Below, piece by piece: positions 13,894-28,800 of a stretch of DNA of 64,000 nt. The position numbers were made by a program, and so were the translations under genes. The number at the start of each line of letters is the position of its first letter. Position 1 is the first letter of the stretch. The notes beneath the pieces were generated by a model. It saw only the letters and a program-made list of their open reading frames with translations. It had not been told where the DNA came from and ran no database searches. Source of the DNA: Adineta vaga (taxonomy: Eukaryota > Animalia > Rotifera); assembly GCA_021613535.1 (NCBI GenBank), contig CP075495.1:6138001-6202000 (forward strand), given 5' to 3'.

Positions 13894-16800
13894 ATATACC
13901 TATTCTTAGAAATGAATAATGATAGATTTACCATTTAGAACAATTTCTTTCGAACAAAATGATCAACCTGATAAAACAAGTAGTTTTTCATTGTGAAAAA
14001 ATGACATACCTTCAAAGTTAATACAGTATTTCTCCTTGTACATACTTCTTTTTGAATACATACAAGAGAAGACATGAAGTTCAACATAGAGAGGATTTAA
14101 AACACTAATTCATAAGTGAAAATACACCAGACAACGAAAATAATGTTCGATGTTTGATATAATTATATAAAGTATTCCTTTTATGTTAAATATAAGAACA
14201 ATAAAAGTCTTCGTTTTCTTTTACTTTCATCAAATATCGACTCGTTTTACTTTACATAACTTCAAGGTTAACATTGTTATAGACATGTCTCAACACTAGA
14301 GACACTTGAAAGTTCTTCGAGAATAAAAGAAAGAAATGAAGCAACATATACATACATAAATGTACATATACAAAATGAAGAGAACCTTTCAATCTATTTC
14401 ACTTTTTTATTAATGCATTCTTATATTTCGTCTCGAACGAATCAATTTAATCGAAGTATGCTCATATCTACAAGTAATAGGAACCTTTCATTTCATCTAC
14501 TTTGATCGATACTCAGAATGTCTCATAGAGACAAATGGAGTTGAGAGTACGAACAGGTGTTATATGCATCAATGCTAATCATACATCACTAGAGAAAAGA
14601 TTTATCAGTAACATTTTGACTTTTCTTATATATGAATTTTTATATTGTTTTTATAATATAGTTTAGACGATAATGCGTATGAAACGTCATCACCAATCCC
14701 TACCAATGAATTTTTCAAAACGAACAGATCATCGAAGAAGAAAAAGAAGAATATGATGATGTACTATTGTGCATTAAATAATTCAGATCATTTCGATGAT
14801 ATGGACGAAGAAGAAGAAGAATTACTAATGAAAAAGAAAAAAAGATTAACACCATCACGAAAGCATACTCACAGTAAATCACCGTCGCCATCATCATCAT
14901 CATCGCCAGAAAAACGACAACGAAGATTATGGTATAAAGAAGGTTAGTATTAAAAATATAATCATTTGTATGGATTTTTCTTTTTTTTTCGTTTTACTAT
15001 TCAAATTGATTCATTTTTCGTATAAATAATAATGATGGTGAAAGGGTTATAGACTAGTAGAAATGAAAGAAATGTGCGCAAGAAAAAACAACAAGTATCG
15101 ATTAAACTAATGCATAGTGTAAGAGCTAAACAGGATTTTACATTGATTATAAAATATTCTCTCGAGTTTCTGCATTTTCAATCGAAGGACATTGAGGTCA
15201 AATATTTCGTTTCTTTTTTTTTCTCATCAATCTCTCTCGATACTTGATCATTATAGTATATCTAGACTTCACTGATGTTCTCCCATATACACTTGTTTGC
15301 TTCATTAATAACAACTTTATAGACACGCATTCATCTTTACACATGTGAAGTCAAACAAAAGAAAGAAAAACATATGTACAGACATTGTGCCTCGATCAAT
15401 TTTGCGTCATTTAAATTAGTGTCAAAACTGAAATAAATATAAATATGTTTTCATAAAGCAGATTGAGTTCCGTTCTTTCTTTCCCTTTCTCTCTTCGACC
15501 ACGATCAATTTTCAATTGTGTTCTAAATGTCTGTCAACTATATGTCGTGTGACTATAACAGAAATCAATGGTGTCATATAAACGTTTAAATTGGTAACAG
15601 CCAGAATCATTTCTTTTTTTCTTCTTTCTTCTCAATATACTACCTTTGGAATTCATGAGAATTATTTCTTTCGATAATCCAACGTATATATATATATACA
15701 GCTATTTGAAAAAAAAACAATATTTAGAAAAAGAAAAATTTCGCAGACATATGCCGTGCACCTTCTGCTATTATCGACCTCCTCGGGTTTTACGTGAGTA
15801 TATAAATCATGAATACCCTTTTTTTTTCACTAATCACTTTCAAGTGGAAAATTGTGAGAAAAAAGAGTGTGCATATGTCTCACGCTCCGTTTGATGGCAT
15901 ATCATGTGTATGCATATGTAAATGTACTGTTTCGTCATCTGCATGTATGTACATAGAGGGAATAATCAACATCGGTTGAAAAAATACAACGAGAAAGAAA
16001 TGTGTGGGTGTGAGAACTTCGATGAACAAATGATTAGAATACTAGTTCTGTATACGTTTTCTTTTTTCATCAATAATCATTTCCGGCAGACATTGTCCGT
16101 TCTAAGCTGTTTGATCAATGTGGACAATATAACACCATTTGAATAGAATAGTGCATGGTCCAATAGTGACTATAATTTGTTAGTTATTGATTAATTTTTT
16201 TCCTGTACAAGCAGAAAAATCGATGTGAAACGTATTGTAATCAATTAATTAGGGAAAAGAGTCAAATAAAAGGGAAAATAATTGCTTCTACCGTCTAATC
16301 AAAAATATACCTAGAAGAACAACATAGTCACACACATACACAGCAGAAACGCGGCTATACTTTATTTCTAATCAGAAAGTAATCATAAGCATATGCAGAC
16401 TTGAATCTGTTATACTGTAAGACAAGAAGAAGAGAGAAAGAATGAGAGAAGAAATAGAAAAAAAAGGTATGATGGACAATGATCGAAGTGGTTTATGATA
16501 CCCAGTCTTTCTTCCTTTCTTTTTTTCTTTCTCCTCTTCTCTCCTCTTCTTCGTCTTAATGTTATTACTCAGTAGGCGGCAACGACGACGACAAACGAAT
16601 ACTATTACCTATCGTGCATTACATTTGATACATAAGATTTGTATCAAAAGAAATTAATGTTGTTATTGTTTTACGTAAAATACGACGTAATATCTTCGTT
16701 GAGTGCCATTAGGCAATGTATCGTTCAAACACTTCGAACGTTTTAATCTGAGTAGTACAAAAGAAGAGAAAGTGAGTGATTTGATCATTTGTATACTTTA

Positions 16801-19800
16801 CTACTACTACTACTACTACACAACATTATGTTTCCGTCAATTGGTACATTCGTTAATAAGACATTTTTTGCTTTACGTGGTGAGTGATTTATTAAGATAT
16901 CTTTCAATATGATTATTTCAGTTAGTGACTATGAATCATTTGAATGAACTGAAAGACGTGACTAAATTTTTATGTCTCGACACAAATGACATTTGATAAG
17001 AATCTTTTCTTTGTTTTCTTTTTGTACGTTTCATCTATAGAGATGAGTTATTCTAACAGGTGATGAAGTTATTTTTTTCTTCTTCCATAATTAACAATCA
17101 TAGATCAAATGTCATCATCATCGAATATGAAAAGACACGACATGCAAGTGTCAAACAGTTTTTATTACCTTTTACCAGAATACATATATGATAGATCATA
17201 TTACTAAAACGTGTGTCTAGATAGAATAATTATACTTTAGCATGAAAGTGAGAAAGACTAGGGAGTGTTTTGTTTTTAAATAGATCAACAGGAATGTTCA
17301 TTCCTTTTGTTGATTTATAAACAAGATGATCCTAGTTCGAGTGAAAAGATAGACAGTTCAGGATGATCATTATTTGCGAAAGGCAAATTATACAATCACT
17401 CATTATGTTCAAATACTAATTTAGTCACATCATCATATGAGTTAACTATATCCTCATGTAAATAACATGCGATTCTTTCTTGTCTTACTTGATATTTATA
17501 GACAAATCAGTTGCATATATCTATGCACTTCTTAAGATTCTCGGTGAGACTAGTGAAGTTTTATCCTTTCATTTTTATTTTATCGATGTATATATTCGAT
17601 ATTCGTATAAATGAAAGAAAACATCTTCATATGATCTTACAAATAAGAACGATTTTAAGTACTTCTACGTGCTTCTTCTCAAGTTATTGAAGACTAAAAA
17701 AATTATAGACTATTGGTCAAGTAGGATTGACAATGATTTCAGACTTTTCATCATTGTCGTAATCCATTCGAAAGGATGATTTCTCATGCCTATGAACTTG
17801 CTGTTCAAAAGAAAAGATATAACATCATCTATTTAAATTCAAATGTGCTTATATATATATATATATATCTAGTTCAGTATTTGTTCATTCTAACGACAGT
17901 CTGAGGTGACAAGTGAGGAGAATGGTATAATCAAATCTTAAAAGAGTGAATAAGGTTCATACTGAAACAAAAAAGAAAAAAAGAAAAAAAGAAGTGTTTG
18001 CATTCACCTATAGCAATTGAGCATCTAATGCATTTGATTATACCATTTTGTAACCTTGTAATCTTATTTAATTTTAAAATTAAACTATTGAATAAAGAAT
18101 GAGAGAAGGCAAGAAAGAAAGAAAGTAAAGAAATTTTATACAAATGTCTTGACAAACATTGTCATAGTCAAATCATTGAACAATACATGTAAGATAAAAG
18201 AAAACGAATTGATATTCGAGGTTAGATATTTTGTCTATTACATATTTCACTTATTCAATTTGGTAGTTAATTAATAGAAGAGAGAAATGATATACTTTTG
18301 TAAGAAATAGACCTTATATTAGACAATGACCATGGTTAGAATGACAAGTTAGAGTTCGTTCCTTGACAATCTATTAGAAAGGTGAATCAATTATCTCTCA
18401 TCATTGTCATTTGATACAATGCAATCGATGAACCGTATTCTTTTTTTCTGTCGCATTGTTCAGAACAAGGTTTTTCATTTTCATTTCTATCGTTGATTTC
18501 TTGACAGGTCGTCATTCGAAATCAAAAGCAACAGGGCAAACGTCAGCATCATATATTGACGATTTGTCATCGAATTCTTCGTCTTCAAATTCAACATCTT
18601 CCTCTATGCAATCACGAAATAAATCACGTCCATATAAACTCGCATCTCCAACACAATCTAACAAACTTACACCATTATCAGATGATTCCTTATCAGAAAG
18701 AACTTCTCAATCATATCGAAAACGACGTCCACGTTCAGCATTTACATCCTATGAATCACCACAACGTTCATCACGAGTTGATTCAACTTCATCAGCGGCA
18801 CCATCTGTGTATCTGATTGAAGTTAAAAATACAAATCGTCCAAAGAATTCTTATGGTTTAACTAAAACAGTCACATATGTTTGGAGAAATAATCATCTTC
18901 AAACTAAAAAAGACGATGATGTAAATAATTATCCCAAATATTCAGTTGAACAAGTACCACCCATATTTAGTGAAAATAAACGTTCGATACCTGTAACTTC
19001 TCGTCATGTAACATTACAACGTGGTAAAACGGATTGTTGGCAAAATAATCAACCAACATCAAATTCAATTTTAACTTCGACATGTCAAAATCATACTGGT
19101 TCAGCATCGAATATACTTTCACCAAATTTCGAAAGCAAACAAAATGGAATACAACATCGACCAAAATCATCTGGACATGTTATTTCTGTAACAACAACAA
19201 AACGTGACCAACCATCCTTATTAAATGAACGACAAAATACTGAATGGAATATTGAAGGTGATGGAAAACATATTCGATATTCAAATTTGAAATGGTATAG
19301 TGCTGATCAATTACAAAAACCTAATCGATTAATTATTAAACCACGAACAAAACGACGACATCAAACATCAGACACGGCAACAGATACAGGATCATCAAGT
19401 GATCAACACAATCGATCAGCACCACCTATTCTACTACGTAAATTCAATACAGATGTAATTAATGAAATACACGAAGGTAAGACAAGAAAAAAACAAAACA
19501 TTATTAATAACGTATGAAGTTTGTCTTATTGAAATCGATCTATCATTTTTTAATAGTGCAATATTCCTTACTTTTAAGCTTTTATATCTTTTAGCCTCTA
19601 GGAAAAATCGATGTTCATTCCTTCTGCATGAAAAAATCTATATAAATCATTACTTTTGTGTGTTTATTGCCTATGAGCAAGAAGCATATATTTAAAAAAA
19701 TCGAGATGTTTAATCGATCGATTTGCTCTTGTCATTATACAATCGAGTAGCACAATGCATTTTGAAATCTTTTCATTAATTAGAATAACAAAATAGAGGT

Positions 19801-22800
19801 AATTTTGCCAAAGAAAAGTACACTCAAGTCCAACCTTAGAAATTTAAAACTTCGTAGGTTTTTTAAGTACGTTTAGAAATATTTCAATTCAATATGCTAA
19901 GAACAAATCAATTTCCGGTAATGTAACTTTATAGGATAGAGAATAATAAATATTCGTTGAATAGCAATGAATTGAAAATCAATTCTACTTATTCGTTCGT
20001 TGAGATTTTGTTCAAATTATGAATCATTTGTTCAACAAATGATCATATTCACTTCCGGTGTCAATATTCAAGGCCGATTGACATGAAAGAAGTATAGCAA
20101 ATAGGCATATAGTTAAAATTAATTGTCCTTTGAGCTCCATGGAAAAAGAAGAGTACAATATGACATAGTCTGTTGATTTAATTAATAAAATACGTTCGAT
20201 AGTTCTTTAGATTAAACAGTACATTTTCCTTCTGGTTAGAAATAAGAATATTTTCCAATTAGAACTGAATTATTTATTTACACTATGTTATTTTAGTAAT
20301 CGATTTTAATATTCTTCATTAATAAGATATTTCTCTCTAATGATTACTTTTAATTCCATAGAAGAAGAAGAAGAAGAAGAAGAAAGTGTAATCCTGTTTT
20401 CCTAACAATTAGTCTTTTACAAGGAATTTCTATGAAGATTTCTATGACAACAAACAGAATAGAAAAGAAAAACCAATGAAAACTACTAGAAGTGTTTGTG
20501 TTTGTTATGTTTTATATTCTATTGATCTTTATCCTACCTACATCATTAGTGTATGTTCGTTAAATAAAACAAAAATCTATTTATTGTTCTTCATAATCTA
20601 TCGATTTCCGTCAATTGACCTTCCTATGATGTATTTACTTAACAAAACAAAATCATAAATCTCTCATCATTTAAAATAGAAAAAGAAAGAAATCCTTGTT
20701 GGTTTTTATTCTCATCTTATCAATAATGTTATTTTAGGTTTTGAAAGTCCAATAATGAATAAACAAAATGATTTAACTATACCAGATTATTCATCTTTTC
20801 ATCGTGAAATTAATGATACTTCATCGCCAATTATTCATAATGAAGAACAACAAAATCTTTCCTCTTCTTCATCACCAGCATCATCATCATCATCGAAAGA
20901 AATTCAACATATTGAAACTATTCTCAATGAATATACATCAGTACTACGAAAACGTAAATTAAATTGTTATGCAAGTACTGATGAAGATGTTGATGAATTA
21001 AATATTGATTCTTCTGAAGATGTTGATCAATCAGTACAAACTATTCAAACATATCGTGATCAATTATATGCACGTTTAAATGTTGAAAGCAATCCATTTC
21101 GTTCACGGATCGTATCGATGGAATATTCTCAAATAACTGTTGATTCTGGAGTTGATATTATCAGTGAACAGAAAATTTCTCAGCCAAAAATTGATGAACA
21201 TCATTCTGAAGAAACAACAAATCAAAATGATTTATTTGCATTATCCGACGATTCATTACTTGATATTGAAACCACACATCCACATGGTTTATTATTAAAA
21301 ACTCCAGCAATAACACATGAACAATCTTTGTCCTTAGCTGGAGAAGGTGATGAATATAGAAGTTTTCTAACTGCGATGACAGATTCAAATTTAAACACAA
21401 AAAATGATCGTGGACCAGCGAATACAAGTGAACAATATTATTCGGCAGAAAGTGAATTTAATACATCATTAGCAGTTGCTAATCAAGAGTTACAGCAGAG
21501 TTTTGAAGTCGAAAATGTCATCGATGAAAATAGTGAAGAAAAAGAAACGGAAAATATTATTGAAGAAAAAAAGAATCAATCAACAGAGCTTTCTCGTACA
21601 CCATCACCTCGATTTGATTTTACATTACCAACATTTGGTGATTGGATTGATCATGTTTTTACAACATTTCTTGCTGAAACAAATCAATATTCATCCTCAA
21701 CAAGTCGATCATCATCAATTATTTCGATTCAAACATCACAAAATACAATCGATACCTCATCATCACAAGTCCGATCTGTCATTGAAACGGCGAACAAAAA
21801 TCAACAATTAACAGGGATATCACGAAATCTTGATACACACGAAGAAAATAATCCATCGAATGTCGCATGTCGTCAATCGCAATCGTGGCCAAATGATGAA
21901 CAACACGAAGAACAACAAGATGAGCTGAATCGAAAAGGTAATTTTTGCCTTGTTTTTTTCTTTTCTTCCATGATAAGATAAAAGAAAAGAAAAATCTTTG
22001 TGAGTGTGCACAGCTGCTTATATCAAGGCTACAAGATGACGACAAACAATGTTCAAATCTATGTTTTGCTTGTATTTTAGACGTGTCGAGTTCAAATGTG
22101 AACAATGAAAACATTGAATTGACTTCATCTTCAATTGCAGGTAATTATGAAGAAATGACTAATATCAACGAACAAGAGGAACATAAAACTTCACAATCAT
22201 TACTATTGTCATCGAATAAGAATGGTGGTGATGATGATGATGATGATGATGATGAAGGTGAGTTTTTATTATTCTAGCTAAACGAACAGTAAGAGAAGGG
22301 AAAAGGCAAGCAAAAAAAAGAAGAGGAGAACAAGAGCTATTTCCTTTTCACTGAGAATGAATGTACGCTGTTGCTCTTGAATAGCAAGGTAACAGAAAGA
22401 GAAAGAGAAAGAGAGAATGGGAGGAAAAAAGTGCATCGAACACTTTTTTTTTCTTCTTTTCTTCACTTTTTTTTCCTGAGTAGTCAGTCGGACGGTTCAA
22501 TAATGGAGGTCAACTATTGGCATAGAGTGAGTAACAGAAAGAATAGATTTTTTATTCATCGATGTTATGTTTTTTTTCTAAATTAAAAAAAATGATTAAT
22601 AGAATCGAAAGAAAAAAGGTTCTATCGTGTTTTTTTTTGACTGCAAATATCGAAAGACAAAAAAAGAAAATAGTATTACTACGCCCACATATAAACATAC
22701 ACGTATGTATGTATATATATATATTTCCATTATAATCGATTTAACATGCCCTGTATTTATTGTTCAGTGAAATAAACGAATATTCGGGCGTTGTTTTCAA

Positions 22801-25800
22801 TCAAAGAGCACGGGCCGACTGCCTATATTGTTCTTATTTAACGATGAGCGTCGGCTTTACCTGTTCAATATATCCTTTTCTTTCTTACTCTTATTGTCTG
22901 ACAATAGTCAAAATAGACATAGAGTGAGTCATATGAGAGTGCTTGAACAATAGTCTATTAGGTGAAGATGATCGAGGGCGTCGAAACGAATACTTGAAAA
23001 ATACGAACATACATAAGTTATATATCTCTCGACTAAACTAAACTGACCATAGTAAGCCGACAATGATTTGTAAACAGATATCTATATATATAAATATATG
23101 TTTTTGTCTCATTTAGAAGTAACTAACAAGAAAATAATGCAAAATAACTATCATCATGATGATCAAACTATTACTACTACTACCGATCGTAATCATTCTG
23201 CGAACGAAAATTTTTCTTTTCTAAATATTATGAATAAAAATAATGTTGACGAAATGGAAGAAAAACAACACGATAAGAGTGGCGATGATGTTGATGATGA
23301 AAAACATATTGAAATCGAAGTCGATAACAACAACAAACCACTTATTCAAGTAGAAACACTACATGATTCATCGTCAGCATTTTCATTTTATGAAGATTTT
23401 CATCGTCGTGAACTATTACTACAACAATCACAACAACAAAATCAAACTCAACCACAACATACTGATAGTCATGATTCATTACTACAACCTGATCATCATA
23501 TGAATAATATTAATACAGCAGCATCATCAACTGATGATTTATCGACTACACATCAATTATCATCGTCAGTATTTCATTCAAAAGATTCAGCATTAGGCTT
23601 ATCAGATGATAATTTACATTATTTACAAACAAATCCACAACCTATCAAAGATGATGATGAAGATGATGATGATGATGATGACAATGTTGACGATGATCAA
23701 GATGATTTACATCAGCAAGATAAAAGTAAATATCACATGTCTCGTTCGATTAATCGAATTAATTTTCATTCTTTAAAATGAAAATCATTTCAGTGAATAA
23801 TCATCAATTTTTAATATTTCGTTATTAAATATTGATGATGCAATATGTATGAAATTGATTGCCTTTACGTACTCTTTTTTTTCTTCTTTACTATTTCTTC
23901 TCTTCTAATAAGAAAAAGCATTTGTTATGCGATGCGTGAGGCGTGTCCATATTTCGTTCTTCTTCTTTTCTTCTCTCTTTTTTTTAGTCGAGTTGTTTAG
24001 AATCATTTCGTACATGTATATGTAAAGGTCAAATGTGCTGTTACGCAGATTGTACATGAAGTAGAGAGATCGATCACCAGAAGGGTCCTCAGTTACAAAT
24101 GCATTTTTGAGTTCAATTATCCTTGAATATTTCTCTCATTTTCGTTCTTACGTTCTCGCTTTACTCGCTCTTTGTCTCAATGTATCATTAGACATATGTA
24201 GAGATAATGTCCATCTCAAACGTCTCATTCACTTTCAATCTGAGCCGATTGAGGTTGTTAACTAATCCTTCATCATGTCTCTCTCTCTCTCTCTCACTCA
24301 CTCAATGCGAAAAAGACGAAAGAAAAAGTTCATCCCGCTCAATCGATCTACTTCTCGATATATCAATGTACAATTTCATCTTCTGTCTCCATATGTACAG
24401 TGACACTCTAATGAACTATGTGCGTGTTGAAGATGTTGAGAGAATGAACTGAACATGTATGTGTATGAATAGATGGATGGTGATATATAAACACATTAAA
24501 AATTAGATGCAAAACACGCGTATGCCACGTAAGGAAATGAGAGAAGAACGAGAGAAAGTAAAAGAATACAACAAAAGGTATATAGACATTCTTGTGCGTG
24601 TTTGAGCACGTTGACATGATGGTTTTTATTTCATTAGTATAGAAGAAAGTAAAAGAATTCGAATGCATTTCTTCTTCTTCTTCTGATTCTTTTTCTTCTC
24701 CATTTTCTTCTTTCAATATCAGATTTTGGTTAGATTATTTTTATTTTTTGGTGTCTGATGCCGTTATTGTAAAAGATTTATTTTTATTCTAGCCATTGAC
24801 AATAATGTAATTCAAGATAATGCAAATAATAATAATGATAAGAATGAAATGACATATGAGCATATTAATGATGACACAAATTCTCTGAGAAATAAATCTA
24901 CAATGATTTTTGTGCCTGCCGATCAAACACAATCGTTACCATCACCTTATCGAATTGATCATGGCGAACGAACAATTTCATCAAGTTCATCCGAACAATT
25001 AATACCAAAAGAAAAACAAACAGGTAAAACAATAAAAAAAAAACAATAATACGCCCACTCACGCATACAGAATCGAATAAAATCATTTCATTTTCTTTTT
25101 CTTCTTCTTAAGGAATGTATTATCCTGCTTTTGGTAGTACAGCTGCCATACAACTAGCAGAAAAATATAATTGTGAATGGGTTCAAGATATAACTTCACC
25201 TTCCAGTACATATCATAAATCTCCTACGAATGTTAATAATGAAATGATTTCCGATTCACGAATATTTCATCAACATCAAGCACTCGGTGATGAAGATGAG
25301 TTTTATTTATCTCTTCAAACACTTCAACCATCACATTCTTGTCCACATTTAAATTATAATTTTATACGTGAACCATTACGTGAACGTTCTTACTCGTTAA
25401 CAACATTAGATGCATACGCACGTTTAGATATAACACGTGATACTCTGGAACAAATGTGGCTTTCATTACTTGATCTAGCTTTTAGTGACAAAGATGATGT
25501 TGAACTAGGTGAATATAAATTACGTCATATCATGGGTTTATCGAATTCTTATACACATATCAATGATACTTTAATTGAAAAATCTCGAAGTCATGGAGAT
25601 ATCTTTTCATCAGCAAATAAGAGTCAACAATTAACTGCAAAAAAATCGAAATCATTCGATATTACATCATTACCGAAATCAACTAAAACATCGGATAATG
25701 AAGCAAATGTTGGTTTACTTCAAGGTGCTGCAATATCCGAACCATTTGTTGATCGTATAGGTTTAACATCGACACAATCAGATACAGAAATGCATTTTCT

Positions 25801-28800
25801 AGGTAATGACGACGATGATGATAATGATGGTAGTGTTCAATCATTAGAACAAGATCATCTTGAACCAGAAGAACAATATTCACCACAAAATCCAATTTCA
25901 TCACCAGTTATCAAAGAACCATTGAATTATGTCTTTCATTATCCACATCAATTAGATAATAATGATGATTTTGATTTTGAACCTGAAGATGATATAACAA
26001 ATTATTTACCTGAAACGACTCTCACAATGAATCAGTTGTTTGGCGATGAAGATAAACAATTGTGTATGTCCTTGGGTTTTGATGATGACGAGGCAACAGC
26101 TGCATTTGCTGCTGCTGTGGCACAACCAAGAGATATACAAGCTATATTGGCGGACTATCGACCGCATTCTCTATCGACAATACCAAGTTCGCGAGCAAGT
26201 CAATACGCTTCAAGTGTCGATGATAGTGATGAAATTATCGACAATTATGAACGTATAGGTCGAAAAAATACTATTAGTTTTGATCAAGAAGAAGAAGAAG
26301 AAGTTTATCGATCGGATCATAGTATCAACGGTGGCGAAGACGTTGATGAAGATCTTGGACAAATTGAATCAAATCTTTCATCACCACCATCACGAGCATT
26401 ATCACCAATTCAAAATTATTCTCGAACATCACCCGCACAATTACCCAAACAAACTTCCGTAAGTTCGTTTTTGATTAGAAATGAATACATTTCGAACATT
26501 TTAATGTTTTCTATTAGTTATAAATTAGCAAGACGAATAATAGATTGCAAGAGAGGCTTCGTTTTACACAACATTCTTACATTTGTTTTTCTTTCATAAT
26601 CGAGAAATAATATCATTAGAATCAAATTATTGCATGACATACTTTAATTAAAGTTAATTACACTTTGGGCTGTTTCATCCTTGAGCTTAATTCTATATTT
26701 AGTTCAAACAGTAAAGAAGACAAAGTTCATCAGAAAAGAAATAAAAATCTAGTTCTTTAAACTAAATTTTTTAAAAGGTTATCTAGTACTAGTAACTTCT
26801 TTCCAATCTGATACAATTTCTTAGATCAATTAAAAAAGCTTTTTGTTTTATTGCAACATATGCTAAGACTTACTTTTAACAGTATCTTGTTCTTTCGTTC
26901 TCTTTGCATAAAATCAAAATTCAATGTCAAACAATTAATGCAATATGCATTTGATTCTATTCGATACTTTCTTTTAGCAATTAAAACTTCCCAATTTTGC
27001 AAATATTGATCATGATGCTTGGGTACAATCTATTAATGAATCAATCTATTCCGAAAATCTTTCTGTTCAAAAACATCAACATGAAACTGACTCCTTCCCA
27101 TTTACTGATAATTTAACTTCTATTATTCCAATTGATTCCGTTCCTCATCCTCAAACTTTAACTATTGATCAAATCGAACCAAGCATACCATTAAGTGAAT
27201 ATAAATTAAATCATTTTATTGAACAAACTAATGATACAAATCTAATTGATTTTTCATCATCACAAGAAGATTATATTGAAACAATGAATAATCAAACTGA
27301 CAATAAATCAAGTAATTCAACTCGTACATCACTGTCATCTATACATGATACACATCTTGATCCAAATGAATTAGCATACCGTTTAGCAAGATTAGATTCA
27401 ATGAATATATCCAGTCCTCCAAAGAAAACATTAGCAGATGAATTAGCAGAATTAGGTGAACAACATCATCATCAATTTGAGTCCGATTCATTAGATCATT
27501 CTTCCATGCTAACAACTGAACATCCACAAGAACAATCTAAAATTCCTGATATTGATAGTTTACAATCCACACCCCATACCTATTCCACAACACCTCCACC
27601 GCCTATTCATATCGATGAACTGACAACAATTGTTACAGATATTCGAAATATTAATCAAGAAAAATCAATTTCCTCCCTATGCAATATTGTTGCAGACATT
27701 CATGCACAAACAAATAATCAATTTTTAACGAAAATTGTTAGTTATCACCAATCACCACCTGTTGCTAACTTACAAACAATCGTCACTGAACTTCATCAGA
27801 CATCTAGTGGGAAATCGATTCCACGACCTCAACGACCAACTCATTTAGAACTTAATACTGAAGAACATGAAGAAGAAAATGAACAAACTTCATCGCCTGC
27901 TCTTGTAAATAATATTCCAACATCATCAGATATCATTTCTGAACTTGAAGAACAAGTATCACTATCGAAGTTAAAGTCTCCATCTCCATCATCACCATCA
28001 ACATCGCCAACTCCCTCTCCGTTACCTGTATCACTACCAATGACAAGACGTATTAGTGATACATCCATGCAATCGGCACGTTTTCATTCTCAACGTATTG
28101 ATAAAGTATCTGATTTAGAAATTGTTAAACAAGGTAAAGGTTTTAAAATTGGTTATGTCGATCGACAAGGTACAGATCAACGTGTTATATTAACGAAACA
28201 TATTGAAGCAGGACCTGATATTATGGCAAGAGATCCACATGTTCGTTTACCATATAAAGGTCGAAAACTTTTAAGTCAAGTTTATAGTTCATTATTATAT
28301 ACAAATGGTTATAATGCAATTCAAGAAGATAAGAAATTTGAACGAAGATCAAATGATATTGAAGTTCCAATTATTGGTACTAATCCTCAACATTTCGATG
28401 AGGTTTGTTTTTGATTTCACTTTATCAAAGTTATTTTCAATCTCTTCTTCTTCTTCTTCTTCTTTTTAGTCTGATATGATCTCCATTGATATAGATGGTC
28501 CATCGACTATGTTAAATTCAATTTGTGAATCGATTGTTATTACTCAAGGTTCAGTATATTCTGATAATAGTTTAAAACCATCCAGAGAAAAATCTGTCAT
28601 TGAAACATCGATACCAAAAAGTATATTCGATAATCCTATTTCATCTTCATCCTCATCCTCATCTCGTCTTCGTCATGTTGTCTTAGATCATCATGAAGAA
28701 TATCTTCTCGATAGTTCTCGTACTCCAACACCTTCAACGAAAAAAGATAAAGTAGAAGTTATTGAAACATGGGAAGATCGAACAGTAATCGATGGTAGTA

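Noticed and set aside
17281-17318. Small intronic hairpin TAGATCAACA-GGAAT...ATTCC...TGTTGATTTA
   Set aside because: It is too short and AU-rich for a pre-miRNA and is plausible by chance.
22500-22935. Repeated CATAGAGTGAGT donor-like 12-mer and the mini-ORF MEVNYWHR as an alternative first exon
   Set aside because: The phase-0 end does not fit the next (phase-1) exon at 23117. It could be a non-coding first exon, but that cannot be supported from sequence alone.
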